From the NCBI GenBank assembly GCA_030390025.1, contig CM059432.1, positions 79,734,001-79,798,000 of the forward strand: 64,000 nucleotides of DNA, given 5' to 3'. A model generated the notes under the pieces. That model was not told the origin of the DNA. It worked only from the letters and a program-made list of their open reading frames with translations, and ran no database searches. Positions 1 through 11,400 of the stretch are shown piece by piece. This DNA is from Squalus acanthias (lineage: Eukaryota). The first letter of the stretch is position 1; every line of letters starts with the position of its first letter. A program made the translations under genes and the position numbers.

Positions 1-1803
1 TTTCTGCCCCTTGGTATTTCTCAGCTCTACCCATACAGATTCCACATCATCAGAGCTAATATCCTTCCTTACTATTGTGTTAATCTCCTCTTTAACCAGC
101 AATGCTACCCCACCTCCTTTTCCTTTTTGTCTGTCCTTCCTGAATATTGAATACCCCTGGATGTTGAATTCCCAGCCTTGGTCACCCTGGAGCCATGTCT
201 CCGCCAATTATATCATATCCGTTTACATCTATTTGCGCAGCTAATTCATCCACCTTATTACGAATGCACCTCGCATTAAGGCACAAAGCCTTCAGGCTTG
301 TTTTTTTAACACTCTTAGACCTTTTAGAATTATTATTTACTGTATCCCTGTTTGATTTAAACCCTTGATTTCTCTGCCTTCCACTTTTGCTTTTCTCCTT
401 CCTGTCTTTTGTTTCTATCCTTGCTTTCCTTTCCTCTGTTTCCCTGCACAGGTTCCCAACCCCCTGCCATTTTAGTTTAATCCCTCCCCAACAGCACTAG
501 CAAACACTCCTCCTAGGACATCGGTTCCGGTCCTGCCCAGGTGCAAACCGTCCAGTTTGTACTAGTCCCACCTCCCCCAGAACCGGTTCCAATGTCCCAG
601 GAATTTGAATCCCTCCCCCTTGCACCATTCCTCTAGCCACGTATTCATCTGAAATATCCTTCTATTTCTACTCTGACTAGCACGTGGCACTGGTAGCAAT
701 CCTGAGATTACTACCTTTGAGGTCCTATTTTTTAATTTACCCCCTAACTCCCTATATTCAGCTTTTAGGACCTCATCCAGTTTTTTACCTATATCGTTGG
801 TACCTATATGCACCATGACAACTGGCTGTTCACCCTCCCCCTCCAGAATGCCCTGCAGCTGCTCCGAGACATCCTTGACCCTTGCACCAGGGAGGCAACA
901 TACCATCCTGGAGTCTCGTTTGCAGCCGCAGAAACGCCTATCTATTCCCCTTACAATAGAATCCCCGATCACTATAGCTCTCCCGCTCTTTTTCCTCCCG
1001 TCCTGTGCAGCAGAACCACCCATGGTGCCAGGAAGTTGGCTGCTGCTGCCTTCCCCCGATAAGCCATCTCCCTCAACAATATCCAAAGTGGTATATCTGT
1101 TTGAGAGGGGGTTGTCCACAGGGGACCCCTGCACTACCTGCCTGCGCCTACTAATCTGCCTGGCGGTCACCCATTCCCTTCCTGCCTGTGCAGCCTTTAC
1201 CTGCGGTATGACCAACTCATTAAACGTGCTATCCACGTTGTCCTCAGCATCGCGAATACTGCAATATGTATCCATTTGCAGCTCCAGCGCCGCAATGCGG
1301 TCTGCCAGTAGCTGCAGCTGGATACACTTCCCGCACACATGGTCGTCTGGGACACGTGAAATGTCCCTGATTCCCCACATAGTGCAGGAGGAGCATGCCA
1401 CGGGGCTGAGCTGTGTTGTCATGACTTACACTTTAATTAATTTAAATTAAATCAAATCAATACCACTAATTACACTACAATTAAATGATATACTCAAGGC
1501 CCCTTGTTTACTAGCACTCCCCGCTACACAACAGAGACCTTAGAAACTATAACCACAAAATTTAAAACCTTCTAAACTTTATAAACTATTAACCTTAACT
1601 GTCAAACTATAGAGTAGTATAAATACTTACCTGGTCGTACTCACCCAATCAGCTGCTTCCTCTTGCCCGCGTCACTTTTTGAATCGTGACGTGGCTCTGG
1701 AACGCCGCCACCGGTCTGCGAGATTGGTAAGCCTCTGAAAAAAGCCCGTGAAAGTGAGTTTAAATACTCACTGTTCTCTCCTGTTGCTCCCGACACTGGC
1801 CTC
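1..1803 (-). mobile_element. CR1 LINE 5' part: 5'UTR, ORF1 (Cys zinc finger, coiled coil, SGNH esterase; 562..1422) and start of ORF2 endonuclease, running off the window
   Basis: ORF has CSSC..CGKC, then GDSIVRG, LPGARV and GTND. A premature TAG falls before DGLHL. Near-identical to 37970-40600. Confidence 0.92.
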
Positions 1804-1954
1804 ATTTGAAGTCATTTTATTCTATTAGTGATGCCCCATTAATCTTATTATCTTTCAGACAGGAGAGGTAATGAGAATTTATCCTGTCTCTGGAAGCATG
1901 CTGTACAGTAGATTCATACTGCATAGTAGTTGGGGATTATATTTGGAAGAGTAA

Positions 1955-2843
1955 GGGGGAAAAATTCAGTTGGTTGCGCCTCCCGTTAGTGCCTTAAGAG
2001 GGCGCTAATGGGGCGCAAAGCATCTAGCGCCCGGGCGCGGCGATGTTTGCGCCGCTAGTGAAATTAACTAGACATTTTGCGGGGGCGCTAAACACTACTG
2101 CCACGATCTCCTGCGCCGGCAGATCGTGACGTCAGTCGAGTGCGCAACACCCCGGTATCGCCCCGGAGCAGATATTGAGTGGCACCCCCTGCCTTACCAC
2201 CTGCCGCTAGCAACGACAGGTTGAGGGGAGCGTTTTGCAGTCAGGAAGGGACTGGGTGAGCACTATTTAAAGGCGACCGCTTCCTGCCTTTTATTGTTGG
2301 TGACATTTTTGAACCACGCATTCTGAGAGAGAGAGAGAGAGACTTCTGGAGAGATTCAATGCTGTGTGAAGGAGTTTTGGGTACTGAGCAGCACTTTGCA
2401 GGTTCATTTTGATTTGCCCTTGTATCGATTTAGAAGAGACTGTAGGGGCTGCACTCTGAGCTCTTTCCCTGGTACTCTCCATTGTTCTTTCCAGCAGATT
2501 TGATGTGCAGGTCTCTCCAGGCCGAGATTCAAGGCTGCAATGAGCAGGATGTGGATGGAAAGCAAGATCAACCTTCCCCTTTAAGAACTGGCCCGCGCCA
2601 TTGTGTGTGTGTTCCATTGCTGACTGACATCACATGAGCTTCGCCAGTGCTCTGAGGTAGCGCCTTGCTCCTCGGTCTTTGCGCCTTAAGACAGGTGTGA
2701 AGCGCCTGATTTAGCGCTCCAATCACCTCCAGGGGCGATAAAAGTCAAGTTTGCAGTCGGTGGTGATAATTAGCGCCAGGCGCTAATCTTTGTGCCCGGC
2801 CGATAATTGCGCCCCAAATGGGGCGATACTGAATTTCTCCCCC
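1955..2843. mobile_element. Non-autonomous PIF/Harbinger-type DNA transposon (889 bp)
   Basis: TIR GGGGGAAAAATTCAGT / ACTGAATTTCTCCCCC (1 mismatch in 16). 3-bp TSD TAA at 1952-1954 and 2844-2846. Confidence 0.85.
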
Positions 2844-3202
2844 TAAGAGTTTTAAATAGTAAATTACAAAAGGGAATTGGATATATACTTGTACAGGAAA
2901 AGAATGCAGAGCTATGGGGAAAGAGGAAGGGTGTGTGACTAATTGGATAGTTCTTTCAAGAGCTGGCACAGACATGATGGGCTGAATGATCTCCTGTGCT
3001 GTATCATTCTTTGAGTAGAAAACATGGCAATTCAGGAAGCAGAGAAGTAGAGTTGGTTGGAGCAGAGGAGTTTCTTTGCAGATCAGGCAGTGGAACTGCG
3101 AGATGCAAACCGAGGTGCTGCAGTGCCACCACTGTTGGGAGGGTGCAATTAGAGTATGCCAAGTTTAAAAGTTTACATAAGCATGTTTCCATACGGACAT
3201 AA

Positions 3203-4105
3203 TTTATAATAGGAACAAGGGTGGACCCTCGCTCCTGCTCCGCCATTCAATTAGATCATGGCTGACCTGTACCTCAACTCCATTTACTTGTTGTAGCTCC
3301 ATATCCCTTGATACCCTTACCGAACAAAACTCTATCTATCTCAGTCATGAAAGTTCCAGTTGTCCCAGCATCCTTTTGGGTCAGAGAATTTCAGATTTCT
3401 ACTACCCTTTTTGTGAAAAAGTGCTTCCTGATTTCATTCTTAAATGGCCTAGCTCTAACTTTAAGATTATGCCCCCTCGTTCTTGATTCCCCCATCAGAG
3501 GAAATAATTTCTCTGTATCTACCCTATTGAATCCTTTTAACATTTTAAACACCTCGATCAGATCACCCCATAATTTTCTATACTTAAAGGAATGAAATCC
3601 AAGTTTATGCAGCCTGTCCTTATAATTTAACACTCTAAGCCCCGGTATCATTCTTGTGAATCTGTGTTACACACCCTCCAAGGCCAGTATATCTTTTCTG
3701 AGCCCAAACCTGAATGAAGTACTCCAGATGCAGCCTCTGCAAGGCTCTTATCAACTGAAGCATAACTTCTTTTTAATCCAGCCTCCTTGAGATAAAGGCC
3801 AACATTCATTACCTTTTTTGATTGCTTTTTGTACCTGTCCACTAGCTTTAAATGATTTATGTACTTGGACTCCCAAAACTCTTTACCCCTCTACAGTTCC
3901 TATTTTCTCACAATTTACAAAATACTCTGGCTTATCTTTCTTAGGTTCAAAGTGGATGACCTCACACTTGCCCAATTAAACTCCATCAGTCACAGCTTTG
4001 CCTACTCACTTAATCTGTCTATGCTCCTTTGCAACTTCCTGCTCCTTTCTGCACTAACTGTCCCTCTTAATTTGGTGTCACCTGCAAGCTTTGATATACA
4101 ACTAA
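3203..4105 (-). mobile_element. CR1 LINE 3' fragment (RT C-terminus and 3'UTR), degenerate
   Basis: ORF 3391..3651 reads GDLIEVFK..ESRTRGH..FFTKRVV. Confidence 0.85.
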
Positions 4106-4214
4106 TATAAGGAAAGGTTGACACACAAGTGTGACAAAACATGACAACAGGAAATAGGATATTTTAGAAAGGATTTAATGCAGATGTAAGTTTTTTTTTA
4201 ACATATTACCACAG

Positions 4215-4545
4215 TTTTGCCCACCCTATGTTTGTAATCTACTTCAGCCATATACCCTCTCCCAAACAAACTGTTCTTCTGACTTTAGGCCTCTTTCCCT
4301 TCATACCATCATTAAAGACAGAACATTCAGCTACCTTAATCCTACTCTTTGGAAGTCCCTTCTTAAATCTCCATTTTTAGATACCTTTACAAGATTAATT
4401 TCTTTGACCAAACATTTAGTCACCCATCTAATCTCTTAATTCTGGTTTGGCATTTAGCGTCTGTTTTCTTCATGCCTATTTGTTCAATGACGTGGGACAT
4501 TTTCTGTGATAAAGTCACTATATAAATGCTTTTTGGTGGTTGCTG
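4215..4545 (+). mobile_element. Degenerate L2-type LINE 3' end
   Basis: Similar to the L2 tail at 51330-51695 (tttgaccaa...ggtcacc...ctatataaat...gttg). Confidence 0.55.
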
Positions 4546-4602
4546 TTGACAACGACTATGAAATTTGGTTACCAAATTGTAATTCTTGGTTCTACTTTAC
4601 AG

Positions 4603-4850
4603 CCAAATCGAATAAGGCAGTTTGGTGCTGTGATACGACAACAAGATCATCGCAGGCATGATGCCTCTTACCAAGGAGGTGAAGTCCATGTTGCAAAATA
4701 TTCAAGTGATGAAAGATCTCCCGTTGAAGAGAGACAGCCACCAGAACGACCTAGGGTAGCTTTCCAAACTCCTCCGGTTGATGATGGGGGTCTTAATATT
4801 GGTATGAACAATGGAATGTGGAATCCCCTTAGGAATATAATGCCTCCTAG
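4603..4850 (+). CDS. CSPP1: CSPP1 internal exon A (phase 0 to 2), PNRIRQF...PPERPRVAFQTP...NIMPP(R)
   Basis: Acceptor tttacAG at 4601-4602 and donor AG|GTAAAA at 4851. Length 248 nt. The peptide resembles the recalled vertebrate CSPP1 PDRLKQF...PPERPRIAFQTP segment. Confidence 0.9.
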
Positions 4851-5099
4851 GTAAAATCTATATGACATTTAAATTTGAGCTGTGCTTTTAAAGTATTTTG
4901 TAAAGCCCAATATGGCAATTTGTGTAATCAAATTCAATAAATCTAGTAATATATGGACTAGCACCAGAAAAAAATTACCATCGAAACTGCCAGATTGTCA
5001 TAAAAATCCAACTGGTTCACTAATTGCCTTCAAGGAAGGTTCTGGATGACACATGACACCAGTCCCACAATATGTGGTTGACTCTTGATACCCTATAAA

Positions 5100-5358
5100 G
5101 TGGCCCAGCAAGCTACTTAGTTGTAAAACAATCGCTACAAAATAGAACAGTGAGAAATATCGGACAGACCTATCCGCAACGATCCATGCATCGGAGCAGT
5201 GCAAAACTCGGATAATCCCAGTGCAGTTGGCCCAGCAAAATCTTCCTCACTAACATCTTGCCCAAGTTGGCAAAGCTGTCCTACAAACTAGTTAAACAAT
5301 GTGACATAGTTGTACTCAGTATAACATCTTTCAGCCAATATCCCAGACTCCTCCATCG
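5100..5358 (+). mobile_element. Old LINE of a second CR1-group lineage, endonuclease fragment, resuming at about 8027-8400 after a CR1 insertion
   Basis: LSYKLVKQCDIVVL-like APE N-terminus. The continuation ...caggataga...gccctcaacattgacactggaccccatgaagtc lies after 8027. Confidence 0.6.
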
Positions 5359-8026
5359 TTTTATTATTAGCACAATAGAGAGGGATGACCTAAGTTCAGG
5401 AAACCAGGATGTAGAAGCGGTTTGGGTAGAGATGAGAAATAATAAAGGCAAGAAGTCACTTGTGGGAGTGGTGTACAGGCCCCCTAACAGTAACCACATG
5501 GTAGGATGGAGTATAAAGGAAGAAATAATGGGAGCTTGTCAGAAGGGTACGGCAATAATCATGGGGGATTTTAATCTGCATATAGACTGGAAAAATCAGA
5601 TGGGCAAAGGTAGCATAGATGAGGAGTTCATGGAATGTTTTCGGGATAGTTTCTTACAACAGCACGTTCTGGAGCCAACCAGAGAGCAGGCTATATTAGA
5701 TCTGGTATTGTGCAACGAGACAGGATTAATTAATGACCTCATAGTGAAGGCGCCCCGAGGTAGCAGCGATCATAATATGATTGAATTTTACATTCAGTTT
5801 GAGAGAGAGAAGAGTGGGTCCAAGACTAGTATTTTAAACTTAAATAAGGGCAATTATGAGGGCATGAAAGCAGAGCTAGCTAAAGTGAACTGGCAAATTA
5901 GGTTAAGGGATAGGCCAATAGAGTTGCAGTGGCAGACATTTAAGGGGATATTTCAAAATACACAGAATATATACATTCCAACAAGAAAGAAAAATTCCAA
6001 GTTAAGGATAGTATTAAACTTAAAGAAAAAGCATATAATTGCGCAAAGATGGGTGGCAGGTCAGAAGATTGGACAGAATATAAAAAAAGCAAAGAATGAC
6101 TAAAAGATTAATAAGGAGAGAAAAATTAGAGTACGAGAGAAAGCTAGCTAGAAATATAAAAACAGATGGTAAGAGTTTCTATAGATATTTAAAAAAGAAA
6201 AGAGTTAACAAAGTGAGCATTGGTCCTATAAAAAGTGAGTCTGGGGAATTAATAATGGAAAATAAGGAGATGGCAGTTGAATTGAACAGGTATTTTGCAT
6301 CGGTCTTCACTATAGAGGATACAAGTAACATCCCAGAAATAGCTGTAAATCAGGAAATGGAAGGGAGGGAGGAACTCAAGAAAATTATAAATCACTAGGG
6401 AAGTGGTACTGAGCAAATTATTGGAGCTGCGGGCTGACAAGTCCCCGGGTCCTGATGGACTTCATCCTAGGGTCTTAAAAGAAGTGGCTAGTGAGATAGT
6501 TGATGCGTTGGTTTTAATTTTCCAAAATTCCCTAGATTTGGGGAAGGTTCCATTAGATTGGAAAATAGCGAATGTAACTCCTTTATTCAAAAAGGGAGGG
6601 AGACAGAAAGCAGGAAACTACAGGCCAGTTAGCTTAACATCTGTCATAGGGAAGATGTTAGAAGCTATTATTAAAGACGTTATAGCATTGCACTTAGAAA
6701 AGTTCAAAGTAATCAGGCAGAGTCAACATGGTTTTGTGCAAGGGAAATCATGTTTATCCAATTTATTGGGGTTCTTTGAGGAAGTAACATGTGCTGTGGA
6801 TAATGGGGAACCGGTGGATGTACTGTACTTAGATTTCCAGAAGGCATTTGATAAGGTGCCACATCAAAGGTTATTGCGGAAAATAAAAGCTCATGGTGTA
6901 GGGGGTAACATATTGGCATGGATAGACGATTGGCTAGCTAACGGGAAACAGAGAGTAGGCATAAATGGGTCATTTTCTGATTGGCAAGATGTAACGAGTG
7001 GTGTGCCACAGGGATCAGTGCTGGGGCCTCAACTTTTTACAATTTATATAAATGACTTGGATGAAGGGACCGAAGGTATGGTTGCTAAATTTGCTGATGA
7101 CACAAAGATAGGTAGGAAAGTAAATTGTGAAGAGGACATAAGGAGGCTACAAAGGGATATAGATAGGTTAAGTGAGTGGGCAAAGATCTGGCAAATGGAG
7201 TATAATGTGGGAAAATGTGAAGTTGTCCATTTTGGCAGGAAGAATACAAAAGAAGCATATTATCTAAATGGTGAGAGATTGCAGAGCTCTGAGATGCAGA
7301 GGGATCTGGGTGTCCTAGTGCATGAATCACAAAAGGTTACTATGCAGGTACAGCAAGTAATTTGGAAAGCTAATAGAATGTTATCGTTTATTGCGAGGTG
7401 AATTGAATACAAAAGTAGGGAGGTTATGCTTCAGTTATACAGGGCATTGGTGAGACCACATCTGGAGTACTGTGTACAGTATTGGTCTCCTTATTTAAGG
7501 AAGGATGTAAATGCGTTGGAAGCAGTTCAGAGAAGGTTTACTAGACTAATACCTGGAATGGGAGGGTTGTCTTATGAGGAAAGGTTGGACAGGCTAGGCT
7601 TGTATCCGCTGGAGTTTAGAAGAGTAAGAGGTGACTTGATTGAAACATATTAGATCCTGAGGGGTCTGGACAGGGTGGATGTGGAGAGGATGTTTCCTCT
7701 TGTGGGAGAATCTAGAACTAGGGGTCACTGTTTAAAAATAAGTGGTCGCCCATTTAAGACAGAGATGAGGAGAAATGTTTTCTCACAGAGGGTCGTGAGT
7801 CTTTGGAACTCTCTTCCTCAGAGGGCGGTGGAAGCAGAGTCTTTGAATATTTTTAAGGCAGAGGTAGATAGATTCTTGGTAAGCAAGGGGGTGAAAAGTT
7901 ATCGGGGGTAGGCGGGAATGTGGAGTAATCCGATCAGCCATGATCTTATTGAATGGCGGAGCAGGCTCGAAGGGCCGAGTGGCCTACTCCTGCTCCTAAT
8001 TCGTATGTTCATATGTTCGTATGTTC
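5359..8026 (+). mobile_element. CR1 LINE, 5'-truncated ORF2 (endonuclease and RT) with frameshifts and stops, plus 3'UTR
   Basis: YRPP/GDFN/SDHN endonuclease motifs, QGSVLGP/FADD RT motifs, and an 8-bp tail repeat (TTCGTATG)n. Confidence 0.95.
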
Positions 8027-8444
8027 CTTGATATGTATTGTTGGACTGCCAGGATAGAATTAACAGAGATGGAGGCATTGTGATTTAGTTGGGTGGGCTT
8101 GGCCCTGGGAGCCCTCAACATTGACACTGGACCCCATGAAGTCTGACGGCTTCAGTTCAAACAAGGCCGAGGAAAGTGTTTATTAACTCCCAATCGTCGT
8201 CTTCCCCCCCCCCCCCCCCCCGCCCCCAACCAAACTGATGAATCTGTGAGATGTGGATGAATCCTGCGCCTTTCCCTAACACTAAGTTGCTCATTTGAAT
8301 AATTTACACTCAGAACTACTTTGAGCAGAAAGTGAAGGCAAGTAAGTGATCTGTTTTCTTTTCTTTGTTAAAGCCCAAACAATCCCCTACTGAAATGATT
8401 TCTCCTACCCACACTCCTCCAACCACAAAAAATGCTCTTTCATG

Positions 8445-11400
8445 CAGTCATAACGGCACAGAAGGAGGCCATTCGGCCCATCGAGTCCGTGCCGGTCCTT
8501 TGTAGAGCAACCTAGTCAGTCCCATTCCCCCTCTCTATCCCCGTAGCCCTGCAAGTTTATTTCCCTCAAGTGCCTATCCAGTCTCCCCTTGAGAAAAAGT
8601 TTTTCCTCACATATTCCCCTGTATCTCTTGCCCAAAACCTTAAATCTGTGTCCCCTAGTCGTTGCACCATCAACTAGTGGGAACAGCCTTTCCCCGTCTA
8701 GCGAAACCTGTCATAATCTTGTACATCTCTGTCAAATCACCCCCAACCTCCTTTGCTCTAATGAAAACAAATCCAGCTTCTCCAACCTGTCCTTGTAGCT
8801 AAGATTCCCCCCTCCCCGGAACCATGCTGGTAAATCTCCTCTGCACCCTCTCAAGGGCCTTCACATCCTTCCTAAAGTGTGGTGACCAGAACGAGACGCA
8901 ATACTCCAGTTGTGGCCTAACCAGCGCTTTATAAAGGTTCAGCATAACTTCTCTACCTTTGTACTGAATACCTCTATTTATGAAGCCCAAGATCCCATAT
9001 GCTTTGCTAACCACTCTCTCAATACGTCCTACCACCTTCAGGGACCTATGCACATTAACTCCCAGGTCCCTCTGTCCCTGCACACTCTTTAAAACTGTGC
9101 TATTAATTGTATATTGCCTCTCCCTGTTTCTTCTGCCAAAATGCATCACCTCACACTTCTCTGTATTAAATTCCATCTGCCACTTGTCTGCCCATTCAGC
9201 TAGCCTTTCTATGTTCTGCTACAGTCGATTGGTACGAGTGAGGCAGGTACAGGGATCCAGGAGGTAGTGTTGGAGGAGCCGCAGCCCTTGCTCTTGTCCA
9301 ACAGGTTCGAGGCTCTTACTCCCTGTGTGGATAGGAGCGGGGACTGCAAGGAGGATGAGCAACCTGGCCACAGCACCGTGGAAAGGGGGGCCATTCAAGT
9401 GGGGGGAGTAAAAAGAAATGTTGTAGTGGTAGGGGATAGTATCATTAGGGGGATAGATAGGGTTCTTTGCAGCCAAGAGCGAGAGTCCCGAAGGCTGTGT
9501 TGCCTGCCCGGTGCCAGGGTTAAGGACATCTCCTCTGGGCTGGAGAGAAACTTGGAGTGGGAGGGGGAGGATCCAGTTGTCGTGGTCCATGTTGGTACCA
9601 ATGACATAGATAGGACAAGGAAAGAGGTTCTGCTGAGGGAGTTTGAGCAGCTAGGGGCCAAATTAAAAAGCAGAACCTCGAGGGTAATAATCTCTGGATT
9701 ACTACCTGAGCCACGAGCAAATTTGGCTAGGGTAAATAAAATCAGGGAGTTGAATGCGTGGCTCAAAGACTGGTGTGGGAAAAATGGGTTTTGCTTCTTG
9801 GGACACTGGCACCAGTACTGGGGCAGGAGAGAGCTGTTCCGTTGGGACGGACTTCACTTGGCCAGTGCTGGGACTAGTGTCCTGGCGAATCGAATAACTA
9901 GGGCTGTGGAGAGGGCTTTAAACTAATTAGTGGGGGGGAGGTTTCAAGAGAGCAAAAAATAAAAATGACAACAGAGAGGGTCATAGACATAGGTAGCAGT
10001 AGGGGAATCACAAATCAGAGCGTGGCAGGAAGGGACAGAGTGTGTGGAGTAAAAGGTAAAGTGGTAAAAAGTGAAAAAGCAGGAACTAAGTGCCACAAAG
10101 CATATTTGAAAGTTCTCTATCTGAATGCACGTAGCATTCGTAACAAAATAGACGAGTTAATGGCACAAATAACTACATATGGTTATGATATTGTGGCCAT
10201 TACAGAAACATGGCTGCAGGGTGACAATGCCTGGGAATTAAACATACCAGGTTATTTAACGATCAGGAAGGACAGGCAGAAAGGAAGGGGAGGTGGGGTG
10301 GCTATGTTAATAAAGGAAGGAATCACTGTAATACAGAGTAATGATATTGGGTCAAAAAATCATGATAATGAAACAGTTTGGGTGGAGATAAGGAATAATA
10401 AGGGGAAAAAAACACTAGTGGGCGTAGTCTATAGGCCTCCGAACAGTTGCAACTCTGTTGGACGGAGTATCAATCAGGAAATAGTTGAGGCATGTAATAA
10501 GGGAACATCTATAATTATGGGGGATTTTAACTATCATATTAATTGGACAAATCAAATGGGGCAGGGCTGCCTTGAGGATGAGTTAATTGAGTGTATTAGG
10601 GATGGGTTTCTTGAGCAGTATGTAACTGAACCGACCAGGGGGCAAGCAACCTTAGATCTGGTCCTGTGTAACGAGACAGGATTAATTAAAAATGTCCTAG
10701 TAAAGGATCCCCTTGGAATGAGTGACCATAACATGGTTGAATTCCATATTCAATTAGAGGGTGAGAAGGTTGGATCTCAAACAAGCGTGCTAAGCTTGAA
10801 TAAAGGAGACTATGAAGGTATGCGAGCGGAATTGAGCAGAGTGGATTGGGAAAATAGATTAAAGGGTAAGACGATACATGAACAGTGGTGTACATTTAAG
10901 GAGTTATTTTACAACTTCCAAAAAATATATATTTCACTTAGAAGAAAAGGGTGTAAAAGAAAAGACAGTCATCCGTGGCTAAGTAAAGAAATTAAGGATA
11001 GTATTTGACTAAAAACAAGGGCATATAAGGTAGCGAAATCTAGTGGGAGGACAGAGGATTGGGAAAACTTTAAAAGGCAGCAAAAAATAACAAAAAGATT
11101 GATTAAGAAAGGGAAGATAGATTATGAAAGCAATTTAGCAAAAAATATAAAAACAGATAGTAAGAGTTTTTATAGTTATATAAAAAGAAAAAGGGTGGCT
11201 AAAGTAAATGTTGGTCCCTTAGAGGATGAGACCGGGAAATTAATGGTGGGAAATATGGAGATGGCAAAAACACTGAATGAATATTTTGTATCAGTCTTTA
11301 CAGTAGAGGACACTAAGAATATCCCAACACTGGACAAACAGGGGGCTATAGGGGGAGAGGAGCTAAACACGATCAAAATCACTAAGGAAGTGGTACTCGG

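Noticed and set aside
797..1450. Long antisense ORFs over CR1 (also 13653..14069, 36156..36560, 37812..38345)
   Set aside because: Shadow frames opposite LINE coding sequence with no independent evidence.
2291..2617. 108-aa ORF recurring at 38485..38817 as a possible conserved gene or transposase
   Set aside because: It lies in two copies of the same non-autonomous element, the C-termini differ by a frameshift, and there are no DDE or Myb motifs.
3080..3150. ttgcAG followed by a DQAVELRDANRG frame, as a possible upstream CSPP1 exon
   Set aside because: Only the tripeptide ELR resembles CSPP1, and I found no donor giving the required phase.
8204..8228. Poly-C run
   Set aside because: Simple homopolymer expansion at proline codons of a decayed LINE endonuclease.
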